In this document: piece after piece, positions 18,601 to 27,360 of the stretch
How positions within the stretch are numbered: position 1 is the stretch's first letter
Layout: every line of letters begins with the position of its first letter
From: a virus
Lineage: Duplodnaviria; Caudoviricetes
Direction: 5' to 3' (one strand)
DNA: 50,203 nt
Virus record (IMG/VR): IMGVR_UViG_3300045283_000223
Span: 1 to 50,203 of that record
Notes under the pieces: model-generated
What the model saw: only the letters and a program-made list of their open reading frames with translations
Told to the model about the DNA's origin: nothing
Database searches by the model: none
Translations under genes and position numbers: made by a program

Positions 18601-19001
18601 TCCTTGAACCGCTTCAGCGGATCGTTATCCGGGAACATCGCGCGGCCGAGGGCAGAGATCGCGCGGACGGATGGGAGGTTCAGGCCGGTGACCTTCTGGG
18701 AGACCGAGTCGAGGTTGCCGTAGTCGTCATTGGCGATCTTCGGCGCCATGGGGTCGGATTGGACCCAGTCGCCGAGGTGGGGGTTGTTGGCGACGATGTC
18801 AGAGGCGGCGACGGCCTTATGCTGCCGCTCGAATTCATCGAGATCGCCAAAGATCGCGGTGGAAGAAACGCCAGTGGCGCGGGAGAAATCGATTGCCCGT
18901 TGGGCCCGGTCGGGGTCCTCGTCGATGTTCCCGACCGTAATCGGCAGGGCGGGGTTGGCCTTGCCGAAGGAGGACTGGATCAGGTCGCCGTAGTCGGTCA
19001 T
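12684..19001 (-). CDS. Giant internal virion/ejection protein (2105 aa), polyvalent-protein-like
   Basis: Last and largest of the internal virion genes; HEAIH zincin motif followed by EEAIAD; helical C-terminus. Confidence 0.8.
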   Translation of the reverse strand: MTDYGDLIQSSFGKANPALPITVGNIDEDPDRAQRAIDFSRATGVSSTAIFGDLDEFERQHKAVAASDIVANNPHLGDWVQSDPMAPKIANDDYGNLDSVSQKVTGLNLPSVRAISALGRAMFPDNDPLKRFKEGGHLGSWLSSKDIQNHPIASAIAAGIGTPIELIMRGISGTAETGADIAANVATAAGAPGLGRELGALVEAEAMGLTGRHGVHAPTPYQRVRPYLENGREPPPTVLPEYDAYRAKQNADDVTALKEATSDAQSSLTRERSPDLFRDFIAQHTDAEIGVGGDAAAALYGDKTPTPDDGLLGWVPGIADKLELARASGDDISIPLADWLTHVDPKVMDALHDDLRIRPGGITAREAQLGTEADTAKPPAIPIPEEVPTVRGAAGLEPMFSIGDRKLQLARMEKNLPDPNGRFTSLQGFHDFHLLDEQGNPVGYINISEQKGGKQLYVDMVSGINGLGPRDFGPALMRDMLRQIKAEFPNAESISGHRVSGAREAAGKEMTMPAPVIKLDNPKGWERAEAHDDFRRVLEGGQWETFSKGTQAYIKPYFENAAQDRRMIDAVNEELRRIIPQKVTVRPAERIISSDAQGQSGPIEPTGVYLRSREAYPIILYALEGPDPLGTARHEAIHHLRNYGFFTKEEWATLERAANTGGAMNYLDIHNRYPTGSLPLKLEEAIADSYKDWEAGRVQMPPEVQGIFAKLKAFFDAIRERIAQMLGKPPTWEDIFQKVSTGEIGSREGTTPLDARAFNETKLSVEDLRKASNDNYLTKEEQEIVQDHLDTMRGIERYKASVDKMTDKEFDARDKRWEEIINKILDHQEGLEPKLSAPGLRPAIVDEDGSIKVGRVGQMHMEIKATNPKDSGWVDHEGNFLNHEQATAYTEKHFSRGAEYLEDQAENGPAATMEEMEQHLKNQTPAEIADDIYINVGGTNHRAALQEFDGSFSPEDMKNDPRLAKARKIIADNLNDLDVKLSTPEDPSRVFERAAALGMTVDQFKAYDKLIAKQHAEDIEAATDRATKQQARQQTKEWKANRVDLRKEVANSIRNRPDVATDLFLAGDGLYGRQTKQAYKLDADLLTDKQKAMLPPKYYGPGGLAPDDVANMFGYGSGDAMVDKLTKYNALKSATGMNARDFVSKITDVETDRQMRIKYGVLDDNIMDAVKEQVVGDTQLNILHEETVALGLKAGQASAPFTKADIIGWVKQEFAKTTIGSASSDRYMATAGRAGKAAEMALLQNDPATAFQQKQRQYYATALAREAKQLENEIDKFERVAKRFSKREVNGIDVQYTNFIQDILLRVGKPVRRSVQDLAAAIQAGEYHSLQEFVDGKNGFYLREVAVDDRLFDPGFRRKFESLTTNEFNGVNTSIKSLVKNGRDEQKITRAGEEADLKVIKNQMIDQLEQFKERTYDAKGGRWMGPIPPPIAKLLRSYGTAHIQMENLFNRWDRDDPKGVFQQYIMRDLVDASNNESVMEKRYAARLRGVDDKADLKQGVDNPLFKVPGTDSLMKFNRGNLRTIMLNMGNDGNMVKMAKGYKVEPAAMAAWVHQHATKEDWDWVQKIWDTFADLKTESDTMYHGLSGVPAESIPIRPVQTPHGVYPGGYYPVIWHPEFEGPSKKLMGKDALEQDGFVRATVANGYTKQRTGYVGPMALDLDMLPARMKQMIHDIAMRPAVINASKIFYDKDVRGAIAKHFGNEWRDMLVPYLVDVANAANYVPKDQRMFYNASEFLRQNLVSTLVGLNPGTVLKHGPTALAQSLHEVGTINFLRALKGMVSINERTSESNWQFAMKESEELQRRHQNYVETLGGASEMLMPNTGYASLRATIQRLSASPVAISDLLSAVPTWLAQYEKSLADNGGVHGDAVYDANRAVRRAHGSVAITNRSTVMRGGALGQWFASVYGFFNHIMNRQYELLWKSGEALDMVKDGEYRQAMAQAPELTSMLFAYILAPALIEEMVTPLMSTDNESWGKKAAKGVAFTLGASWVGIRDIASAILNSRDPSVGLISTFGKSMTDVARDLGKQGPFNREHAGKIIKDGATLLGSLSGVVPSQVGRVAEFGHGVATGTERPKGPWGWLAGARYGTLKGHAKTFDEWQRHH

Positions 19002-21139
19002 TGCGACACCGCCACGGTTGGGGCAGGAGTGGCCTTCGGTGTGCCGCCGTAGAGGTCTTGATACAGCTTACGGGTGTAGAGACGTTGGATCTGCGAGTCG
19101 GTCGGGGTGATGCCGAGTTTGCCCCATTGGGGATCGGCGCGGATCTTGTCGGCTTCATCGGCAGGGACAGGTAGTTGGTAGGTGGGGACCTTGGAATTCC
19201 ACAGGAACCCTGGCTTGGTCTGAGATTGCATCAGTCTGGCGCCGATCGTGCGGACTTCGTCGATCTTCGGGGCGCGTTTGTTCTCCTCGGCGAACTGTTG
19301 GAGTTGGTCGGATAGTGCGCCGGTGAACTGGTCATAGCCTTCCCGGTCGGCCTTGCGGTCGATCCCAGCAGCCTGGAGATCGGGGGCGAGGATGCCGATG
19401 GCCCGGGTCACACGGGGATCGCCAGTGGCTTGGCCCTTCACACGCTGCTGTAGGTTTATCAGTTCTCGCTTGGCGGAGTTAGGGAGGTTCGATGAGATTA
19501 CATCCTGATCGATGAACTCGACGGGATCATTCTGGGCCTGGCCCTTAAAGGCTTGGTACTGCCGTAGGGTCTCATCAGTCCAGCCATGATCGCCCTTGGC
19601 GTTGGAGGCGAGGACGTTCATATAGCGGCGTCGTGCCGATGGTTGAAGGTTCTCCCAGGCTTGTGCTGACTTTGGATCCGCAGTGATCTCCTCCACGGTG
19701 GTCGGTAGCTTGCCCTGCCCGCCTTGGTCGTTGCCGCCCATAAGCGTCTGTTCAATCGTCTGCCGATTGGTGAACTCATCATCTCGACGAATTGCGATCT
19801 GTTTATTATGGTCCGCCTCAACCCGATCGCGAACATAGTCCGGGAACAGCGGATCATCCGGCGCGGTCTCACGGGCGATGGTTCGACCCATGTCGACCTT
19901 GGCGGAGAGAGGGGCGTTCTGGGCCAAGGCCGCGTTGAACCGGGCGACGTAGGTCTTGGAGTCGGTGCCGAGGATGTCTTTGCGGGCGCCCGCTTCGGCC
20001 TGTGTCTTGCCGGTTAGCCACATCGAGGCAGCGTCGTTGGCAGAGCCGGTTTGTTTCATATACGCGCCGAAGTTACTGGCGAAGACTTGATCCTGAGCGG
20101 CGTGGTCCTTGAGGAACTGCGCCGGGGTCATCGGTAGTAGGCCGGCCTTTTCGAGGAACTCTGGCAGGAACTCTTCCATGACTTGGTACGCACCCAATGC
20201 TCGACCATGGGCGGTCTGAACGCCGACTGTATCATAATTCCCGCCAGACTCTATTTGGCGAATAGCTTGCCCGGCTTGCTTGATGTCGATCTGCCCCTGA
20301 CCCCATCGGCCATTGGCGCCGCCAGCAACTTGGCTGGAGATCACGCGGGATCCAACGGTGTTGCGAGCTTGTTGCACGGCGTTGGTCATCTTCATAACAT
20401 CCTCGCCACGGACATCGCCGGATTTGATCGCGTCGTCGAGGATCTTGCCAGCACCGATCGGGTTGGTCCTGAGCATGCCCTTGATCTTGGTGGAGTAGAG
20501 ATCGGATCGGTTCTGGGCAACGGCTTCATCGGCCATTGCTGAGTCCCCGCCCTTCAGGGCTACTTGCGATCGGATCTGCGCTTCGGCTTCGGCGAGGTTG
20601 GTCTTGAACCCTTCGTCGTCCATGGGGGACCCAAGGACTTGATCATTAATAGCCGCGACCTTAGACTGGGAGGACTGGACCGCGTAGAGCTTGTTCTGCG
20701 TGGCAGCATGACCCGCACCGTTAAAGATAGTGCGACCCATAGTTGAGAGCGATTGGGCATCGTAGAGCTTCTGTGACATGTGGTTGGAGAGGCCGGCACC
20801 GATATCGGTCCGGGCCTTACGGAGGTCGTCCATATATTGGGGGTAGGCATCAACCGCGTCTTTGCCCTGTCGAGCGGAGAAGGTGGCATGGAGTTCGCCG
20901 GCCTTGGCCATATAGTCGGCATCGGCCTTCTGTGCCTCACTGTGGTTAGCGAGGTCCTGCATGGCGATGCCACGAGCGAAGATCTCGTTCCCGACGGTGT
21001 CCGCGGTCTGGCCGAGTTGGCGAACCGATTGCCACACGTTGACGCCAAAGGACTCCGGGCGCACATCAGCTTGGAAGCGCGGCGTCGGGTCCATCTGTGG
21101 AGCGACGGTGGGGACACCTGTGTAGGGGACTTGTGCCAT
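18998..21139 (-). CDS. Internal virion protein with lytic transglycosylase/lysozyme-like domain
   Basis: AIRQIESGGNY...GRALGAYQVM...AASMWLTG...YV; helical remainder. Confidence 0.8.
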   Translation of the reverse strand: MAQVPYTGVPTVAPQMDPTPRFQADVRPESFGVNVWQSVRQLGQTADTVGNEIFARGIAMQDLANHSEAQKADADYMAKAGELHATFSARQGKDAVDAYPQYMDDLRKARTDIGAGLSNHMSQKLYDAQSLSTMGRTIFNGAGHAATQNKLYAVQSSQSKVAAINDQVLGSPMDDEGFKTNLAEAEAQIRSQVALKGGDSAMADEAVAQNRSDLYSTKIKGMLRTNPIGAGKILDDAIKSGDVRGEDVMKMTNAVQQARNTVGSRVISSQVAGGANGRWGQGQIDIKQAGQAIRQIESGGNYDTVGVQTAHGRALGAYQVMEEFLPEFLEKAGLLPMTPAQFLKDHAAQDQVFASNFGAYMKQTGSANDAASMWLTGKTQAEAGARKDILGTDSKTYVARFNAALAQNAPLSAKVDMGRTIARETAPDDPLFPDYVRDRVEADHNKQIAIRRDDEFTNRQTIEQTLMGGNDQGGQGKLPTTVEEITADPKSAQAWENLQPSARRRYMNVLASNAKGDHGWTDETLRQYQAFKGQAQNDPVEFIDQDVISSNLPNSAKRELINLQQRVKGQATGDPRVTRAIGILAPDLQAAGIDRKADREGYDQFTGALSDQLQQFAEENKRAPKIDEVRTIGARLMQSQTKPGFLWNSKVPTYQLPVPADEADKIRADPQWGKLGITPTDSQIQRLYTRKLYQDLYGGTPKATPAPTVAVSQ

Positions 21140-21690
21140 TAGGTTAACAAGCTCCTCGAGCTAAACATTCCTGATTGGGTCCCCTGCATCCATTTGCTGG
21201 AGACAGAGCCGATCGAGCCCAAGATGGATGACATCGCCTGGATATCGCCGGCGGTCTTGGCGTTCTGGCCGGCCATGACATCGAGTGTGGATTGGTTCAG
21301 GTCCATAGTGGATTTCACGTCATAGTCGTAGGCAACCTTCGCGGCATTGGCGCGGATTTGCCCGGCGTCGAGAGAGGCGAGGGTCCGCTCGGAATTGCGG
21401 ACATCGACTGAGGAGCCAGAGGTCATGTCGATGTTGCTGGCGCCCTGCGTGGCGAGGATATGCCCCTCCTCCTGCCGATATCGCATCCCCGACTGCATAG
21501 CCTTGATCTCGCCGTAGTTCAACGCATACTCTCGGTTCTGCTGATCGATCTGGGAATTGATCTTCGCAACCTGAGATTGGTAGTTGTACATCTGCTGCTG
21601 GGATTGCCCGGATTTCTCCGCTCCCTGCGCACCAAGGATACCGCCCGCAAGGGAGGCGCCTATGCCGATAATGCCGGCTGCCGCTGCCAT
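21139..21690 (-). CDS. Internal virion protein (T7 gp14-like position)
   Basis: MAAAAGIIGIGASLAGG N-terminus, Gln/Ala-rich helix, GASNIDMTSGS motif. Confidence 0.75.
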   Translation of the reverse strand: MAAAAGIIGIGASLAGGILGAQGAEKSGQSQQQMYNYQSQVAKINSQIDQQNREYALNYGEIKAMQSGMRYRQEEGHILATQGASNIDMTSGSSVDVRNSERTLASLDAGQIRANAAKVAYDYDVKSTMDLNQSTLDVMAGQNAKTAGDIQAMSSILGSIGSVSSKWMQGTQSGMFSSRSLLT

Positions 21691-22112
21691 TGGTCTGCCC
21701 TTATTTCGAATGGGATGTAGTCGCCCTGTGGAGTGCCAAACTTCGCCCCGCACCAAGAGAGCCATCGAAGGGATTTCTGGTCATTGGTGTGACCGTGGCC
21801 GACGATGATCGGGTAGTAGTGAAGCATGTCTTCGGTCACGCGCTGGCTGTGGCGGATGAATTGAAAGATGTGGTCTTTGAAATGCCGAGTGGTGTAGAGC
21901 CAGAGGTAGGCCCGGTCGGAAAGCAAGGTAGGCGCGGTAAGGCCCCAAGTGCAAAAGGCGACATCGTCGTCACAGCCGATCCAGGTGAGGGTGGAGTTGG
22001 TCATGACCCGGTGCATGGTTTCACGGTAGATAGGGGATAGTGTTTCTTGGTTCTCACCAAGAATCAAGTTGTAAGATTCAGCTCCAGTGACTTCACGGAT
22101 GTGGAAGGTCAT
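21660..22112 (-). CDS. T7 gp13-like / GNAT-fold virion assembly protein
   Basis: AYLWLYTT...SLRWLSWCGAKF; position between the nozzle and the ejection proteins. Confidence 0.7.
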   Translation of the reverse strand: MTFHIREVTGAESYNLILGENQETLSPIYRETMHRVMTNSTLTWIGCDDDVAFCTWGLTAPTLLSDRAYLWLYTTRHFKDHIFQFIRHSQRVTEDMLHYYPIIVGHGHTNDQKSLRWLSWCGAKFGTPQGDYIPFEIRADQWQRQPALSA

Positions 22113-24949
22113 CGTTTGCCTCCATCGTCGCCAAGGGTGAAGTCGGGGATTACGCCCAGGATAGAGGCAGGTAGGGGCTGGGATTGCTGGATGCAGTACT
22201 GACCGGGAACGGTGAAGGCAGGGGATAAGAAGGTGCGGGCATCACCGGTGACAAGATCGGTGACGATTTGGGATTGTTGACCAGTGAGCATAGAGGAGAC
22301 ATTGCCGACAATCAGATCCTTCATCGGAACAAGGTGGTTGAAGTCTGGGCCGATAGTCAGGCCCAGGGTCTCGGCCACACGGACATCGACGGCGTTGATC
22401 TTCTTCACTTTGCCCTGAATGGTTGGGTCGCCCATTTCGAGGGCTAGGGTCTGAAGCTTGCATGTGAATGGGAGCCCGATCACAACCTTAGACGCAGGGG
22501 CGGAAAGGGTAAATGTGCCAGAGATAGGCATGGTGAAGGACGGGATCACCTTACCGTCAGCGAGGCCGGTCACTGTGGCCCCGGCAAGGAATTGAGCCCC
22601 GGCAAAGGTGGACGCAGGCGATCCGTTGTAGGCGATACCGCAGTCAACGCACCAAGCATCAGCCACGCCCGATAGGAAGATCCGCTCGGCAACACGTTCG
22701 ATGTATTGGATAGTATTGCCGTTTATCGTTCGCTGAACCACAGTGTACACGGCATCGACCTCGCCGGAGGTTGAAGTGTTCTCAATGATTGTGGTGACGG
22801 ATTTGAATGATCCGACGGTGGTGGAATGGGACCAGCCGATGAATTCCTGTTCCTTGAGGAAGGTTAGAGTTAGCATGACCCCATCGGAGCGGATTGCCCA
22901 TACGACCTTGTATGGTTCCTCCGCCCACGCCCAGCCGGTGACGGTGAAGCCGTAGAAGAGATGTGAAGCAAGCGCGGTGATGTCGGTGCCGGTGTAGACA
23001 TTGGCGTAGATGTTGTACGCGGAGTCGCGAACGATGGAGCCTTTGGCCTGGACGTAGAGCACGTCGAAGTTGGCAACGATCGGTGGAATGTCGGAGATCC
23101 CGTTGAAGGACTGAGGATTGGCCACGAGTGCGGCCGGGGAAATGGCGGAGCCGGGCGATCCACCATTGATCAGCCAAGAGGTCCGGTCGGTGAACATCAA
23201 TAGGCCGGAGGTCTGCGGGACCATAGATTTGATTGTGTTTAGCTGGCCGGATACAAGAGTTCCGGTGATGGAATCATCGGCTTGGGTGATAACCGATACG
23301 TTGTAGTTGAAGTACTGCCCCGGTTGGGACGTGTAGAAGGTGGATGGAGCGCCAATGGGGGAGGCCAAGACTAGGCGTTGCTGAAAGAACCCAGGGACGG
23401 AGGGGAAACCATTGCTGGCAGCGCCGAGAGTGGCGGTAGCCGCAGCGGCACCGGATGCGTATGTGACGGTAGGGATGGAGGTATAGCCTGCGCCGGGGTT
23501 TAGGATCTGCACGAGGCCCACGCCCCAGGTAAGATTGGCGGTTGCGCCGGTGCCGATTCCAGAAGTGCCGAGTTGAACCACGGGGTTGGCGGGGGTGGAC
23601 CCGGCGGAGACTGAGCCCACACTACCGCCGACTGTATTGGCTGGTTTCCAAGTGGTGACTGCGCCGGCAGTGACGGTGGCGACGATTAAGACTACGCCGT
23701 TGGAAAAGGTGACGGTGTCGTTGACCACATAGCCGGCACCCCCAGCGCCAATGGTTGGGGTGCCCTGAACCTGAAGCACCGCAGAGATAGACCCGGCGAT
23801 AGTTGAGGCAGCGCCGGTAAGGGAGACCGCAGGAACGGCAGTGTATGTGCCTGCGGCGGTGACGGTTATTGAGGCTACCCCGCTGCCGATGAATGGGTTC
23901 TTGGCAACCGGTGGGGTTTGGGTGAAGTCGGGGGAGATGTTGGAATCGGAGAAGGCCAGGCCGGTGGTGGACCCGATGAAGCCGAAGGTAACGCCAGGGA
24001 CAACTACGGAGACGTAGCTGACATTGGATTTGTAAATGTTGTATCCGACTGCGCCGGGGACGCCGGTCCAGCCAATGTTCATGCTGCCGGCAGTGGTGCG
24101 GAGATCTTGAAATGGGCCGAAATTGGCCTGGGCAGATGGAACGGACTCTTGGCCGTTGCCGTCGATGGCGGTGATTAGATATGCATAGTAGGCAGGGCCT
24201 GAGGTAAGGGAGGTACTGTTGAGCCCAACGAATCCAGGCGGGCCAATTGAGGCGCCGAAGGTTATAGGGAGCAGAGTCCAGTTCGTGGCGGTGATTAGGT
24301 TTAGGATATACGGCTGGTATTTCGGATGGCAGAGGATTAGCTGGCCTACGTTCTGGGCGTATTTGATCAGCTGAAGATCGGCCGCGAGGTATGGTGAGGG
24401 GATTGTATATATCCGCGCGGCGGTGCCACCGGAGGAGAATGCCGTGAAGTGGGTAGAGTCGATTAGGAGCCCGTTTAGATCGGAGAGGGTGACGTTGGCG
24501 CCGGAGACAGAAGCGACTCGGTAATAATTGCTGTTGAGCTGGGTCATCCCATTAACGCCGGAGATGAAGATCCAGTCATTGCCGAGGTAGGTATTGCCGG
24601 GGACCTGGATCACGCAGGGATTGGCGGTAGAGGCAGCGGAGATGGCGAGGCCGGCTTCGAGAATTGGCGATCCGTTGGAGATGAACCGAATGTATTGGTC
24701 GCCAAACTCCAGGACATAGCCAACGGAGAAGCTGGCCTGAAATTGGATCAGCCGAACCGCAGTGGCGGATTTATAGCATTGGATGATGTACTTGGTGCCT
24801 GGACGGGTTGAGGCACCGCCGCGATAGTCGACGAAGAAGTTTTCGAGCAGCGCCGCGCCGGATCGGTATTTGGTCAGATCGACTCGGGCGAAGAGTTTGG
24901 GGGACCACTCACCGGAGTTGAAGGATGCCTGAATTAAGTGGTCGGGCAA
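22109..24949 (-). CDS. Tail tubular protein B (nozzle) with inserted domains
   Basis: QASFNSGEWSP...R.D..KY, YVLEFGDQYIRF, FFQQRLVLA, EQEFIGWS, YIERV; TTG start. Confidence 0.88.
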   Translation of the reverse strand: MPDHLIQASFNSGEWSPKLFARVDLTKYRSGAALLENFFVDYRGGASTRPGTKYIIQCYKSATAVRLIQFQASFSVGYVLEFGDQYIRFISNGSPILEAGLAISAASTANPCVIQVPGNTYLGNDWIFISGVNGMTQLNSNYYRVASVSGANVTLSDLNGLLIDSTHFTAFSSGGTAARIYTIPSPYLAADLQLIKYAQNVGQLILCHPKYQPYILNLITATNWTLLPITFGASIGPPGFVGLNSTSLTSGPAYYAYLITAIDGNGQESVPSAQANFGPFQDLRTTAGSMNIGWTGVPGAVGYNIYKSNVSYVSVVVPGVTFGFIGSTTGLAFSDSNISPDFTQTPPVAKNPFIGSGVASITVTAAGTYTAVPAVSLTGAASTIAGSISAVLQVQGTPTIGAGGAGYVVNDTVTFSNGVVLIVATVTAGAVTTWKPANTVGGSVGSVSAGSTPANPVVQLGTSGIGTGATANLTWGVGLVQILNPGAGYTSIPTVTYASGAAAATATLGAASNGFPSVPGFFQQRLVLASPIGAPSTFYTSQPGQYFNYNVSVITQADDSITGTLVSGQLNTIKSMVPQTSGLLMFTDRTSWLINGGSPGSAISPAALVANPQSFNGISDIPPIVANFDVLYVQAKGSIVRDSAYNIYANVYTGTDITALASHLFYGFTVTGWAWAEEPYKVVWAIRSDGVMLTLTFLKEQEFIGWSHSTTVGSFKSVTTIIENTSTSGEVDAVYTVVQRTINGNTIQYIERVAERIFLSGVADAWCVDCGIAYNGSPASTFAGAQFLAGATVTGLADGKVIPSFTMPISGTFTLSAPASKVVIGLPFTCKLQTLALEMGDPTIQGKVKKINAVDVRVAETLGLTIGPDFNHLVPMKDLIVGNVSSMLTGQQSQIVTDLVTGDARTFLSPAFTVPGQYCIQQSQPLPASILGVIPDFTLGDDGGKR

Positions 24950-24958
24950 GAGGGGACC

Positions 24959-26047
24959 TCACAAATACAACGGCCACACACCGCCGAAGTCAAAGCCAGA
25001 GTATGGGCCGGAGACGTAGCCATCGGAATAGGCGACACCGCGAATCCGGATCCAGTCGGGGGTGACGTCGTTGATGGTGAGGCCCTCGTTGCCGTCGATC
25101 GAGCGGGCGGACTGGATGGATTCATTGACCTGTTCGACGAGGAGATTGGCCAGGGCCTTATCACCACGTAGGGCCATCTGTAGTGCGGCCCCGGTGAGTT
25201 TGATCAAGGCCGTTTGGAACAGGGTGTCCATCACGTTGGGGTCGATGATTTGGGACACGTAGTTCAGCGTGGCGAATTCCTGATTGGTAAGGATGACCCG
25301 CTGAACACCCTTGGGGCCGGTGGTGAGGTTGAAGGAGGCGGAGGTACCAAGGCCGGTAGAGGAGCCCATAGCAACTGGGTTGGGTTGCACCGCGAAGTAG
25401 GAGCCGCCCTGTGGAGTGGCTTCGCCGATGATGACGTTGACCACGGAGACGGAGGAGACTTGTGACCCGGATAGGCCGGTGACAAGGAGTTGGGCCGGGG
25501 CCCCAATTGGCGGGGATGTGTTGGGGCCGGAAGCGAGGGTGATGATATCGCCAAGGGCGTGGCCGTTGGAGGAGGCGGTCGGGACCGCGGAGATGATAGG
25601 GATGAACTGATCCGTCTGCACCTTGAACTTCACCGGTGAGCCCCACCAATAGGCGGAGGCACCGCCAGTGACTGCGGTGGTGATTGGGGTGGACCCGGCG
25701 AATCCGGTCTGATTGGCAGGGATGATCGACACCGCACGGAGGCAATCGACGGGGTACTGATATTCGTAGGCCCATGGAGGGGGAGGTTGCCCTGGGGCCC
25801 AGAGTTGGGTGGCTGGGGATTGGTTCTCTGGGGTCCCAGGGATGGAGCAGATGTAGGTGAGGTTTGCAGTCTTGAGTGCACAGTCCCACGGCGCGAGGCG
25901 GAGGAGGTCGTCACGAAGGTTGGCGTAGATCAGGTTGAACTGTATCGCCTCGTTGGAGGTGGAGTTGGCGAGTTCGGCATCGGACACTGTGGTGCGTGTG
26001 CCGATGGTTTGCAGCGCGCGGTTGCAGATGTCCGTGACAGAGGTCAT
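24959..26047 (-). CDS. Tail tubular protein A (adaptor) with insertion
   Basis: MTSVTDICNRALQTIG, LLRLAPWDCA, WAYEYQYPVDCLR, DTLFQTAL, ARSIDGNEG. Confidence 0.85.
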   Translation of the reverse strand: MTSVTDICNRALQTIGTRTTVSDAELANSTSNEAIQFNLIYANLRDDLLRLAPWDCALKTANLTYICSIPGTPENQSPATQLWAPGQPPPPWAYEYQYPVDCLRAVSIIPANQTGFAGSTPITTAVTGGASAYWWGSPVKFKVQTDQFIPIISAVPTASSNGHALGDIITLASGPNTSPPIGAPAQLLVTGLSGSQVSSVSVVNVIIGEATPQGGSYFAVQPNPVAMGSSTGLGTSASFNLTTGPKGVQRVILTNQEFATLNYVSQIIDPNVMDTLFQTALIKLTGAALQMALRGDKALANLLVEQVNESIQSARSIDGNEGLTINDVTPDWIRIRGVAYSDGYVSGPYSGFDFGGVWPLYL

Positions 26048-26310
26048 GGCCGGTTCTTGATCCCACGGTTTTCGCCACCGAGGCCAGGACGGCCGGAGGA
26101 AGCGGCGGAGACACCGTATTTGCCTTGGGTTCCGCAGCAGCCGTAGTTGTCCGCGCCGAGCCCTGGGGCCGCAGGATAGTTGCGTTTGGGGCCTTGGGGT
26201 TCGGCGTAGTTCATCACGTCCCGTTGACCGGGTTTGCCGCCGTTGGTGTTGCGTGGGGCCTGGGGCTGGCGGCTGTCGCGGCCGTATTCGGAGAGGATGT
26301 CACGGGCCAT
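26044..26310 (-). CDS. Hypothetical protein
   Basis: Coupled TAATG/ATGA to neighbours. Confidence 0.65.
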   Translation of the reverse strand: MARDILSEYGRDSRQPQAPRNTNGGKPGQRDVMNYAEPQGPKRNYPAAPGLGADNYGCCGTQGKYGVSAASSGRPGLGGENRGIKNRP

Positions 26311-26747
26311 TAGACTCGCCTTTCAGTGGTGGAGGGATCGATGATGTCGACAGGTCCGGGGTAGACCGGATCGGCTGGTGTGTGCTGCTGATCGAGGACG
26401 GGTTCGGTCAGGGGCTTGTCGATCGGCTTGGGCTCGACCACACCCATCGGGCCGGGGCCAGAGACGGCGGGGGGTGCTGCGTCGACCGCCGTCAGCTTCG
26501 TCTGCTGCTCGATCAGCTTGGCCTGCCGCTCAGCTTCATCGGCAGCGGCTTTAGCGGCAGCATCGGCATCGGCCTTGACACGGGCGGCTGCCGCGTCCTT
26601 GGCCTTGCCGATCTCGCCATCCAGTTCGGCTCGGGCCTGGGCCACAAGGCCCACAAACTCCGGGCCAGCCTGTGCGGCCTTGAGGATGACATCGAGAAGG
26701 CCAGCGACCATCGGCCAGTTCATATCGGTCTTGGGTTTGTCACTCAT
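26310..26747 (-). CDS. Hypothetical protein (Ala-rich coiled coil, Pro-rich tail)
   Basis: AAGGA SD, coupled overlaps. Confidence 0.7.
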   Translation of the reverse strand: MSDKPKTDMNWPMVAGLLDVILKAAQAGPEFVGLVAQARAELDGEIGKAKDAAAARVKADADAAAKAAADEAERQAKLIEQQTKLTAVDAAPPAVSGPGPMGVVEPKPIDKPLTEPVLDQQHTPADPVYPGPVDIIDPSTTERRV

Positions 26748-26959
26748 CGGTATTTTCCTTGTGATCCGCCCTTGTGGGTGGCGATGGAATTCGGCTGCGG
26801 TGCGACGAAGCCGCGCTTGTCTGAATAGAGTGGCTCGGGGTTCTTGTATACAACCATCCCGGGCTGGTTCGCACCGGCCGGGGTAACGACGTGGACCACC
26901 GGTCGAGTGACCGGGGTAGATTCGCGGACATTCCGATCCGCACGGCCTTGCTGTCGCAT
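26744..26959 (-). CDS. Hypothetical protein
   Basis: GGAAGGA SD, ATGA overlap. Confidence 0.65.
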   Translation of the reverse strand: MRQQGRADRNVRESTPVTRPVVHVVTPAGANQPGMVVYKNPEPLYSDKRGFVAPQPNSIATHKGGSQGKYR

Positions 26960-26962
26960 AGG

Positions 26963-27358
26963 TTATCCTTCCTTTGGCTTGGGTGGGGCGAGTTGCCGGG
27001 TGTGATCCCAGCGGTTGAGTGGGTCCTTGGCCATTTCCGACCGGACCTTTTCAAAGGTGCCGCCATCGGTGTGCATTTCTTCCAGGATCTGGCGGTATCG
27101 ATCGTCACAGCGTTCCATCTCAGCGTGGACATGGCGGGGGACCATCTGGCCGCCTTCGACGTATAGATTGCATATGTCGTGCACATCGTGCATGTACATG
27201 ATGAATCGGCGCATGCGTTCGGGGATCTCGGATTCGGCGTCCCGCATGTAGGCGATGACCTCGGTTAGTTGCTGCCGCATGATCTTCATGTCATCGGCGA
27301 TCCGCTTGAGGTAGACCTCCGGCGGATGTTCGGTGGCGCGTGGAATTTCAGCATTCAT
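26963..27358 (-). CDS. Hypothetical helical protein
   Basis: ATG 27358 just after the upstream stop; normal codon usage. Confidence 0.7.
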   Translation of the reverse strand: MNAEIPRATEHPPEVYLKRIADDMKIMRQQLTEVIAYMRDAESEIPERMRRFIMYMHDVHDICNLYVEGGQMVPRHVHAEMERCDDRYRQILEEMHTDGGTFEKVRSEMAKDPLNRWDHTRQLAPPKPKEG

Positions 27359-27360
27359 GT

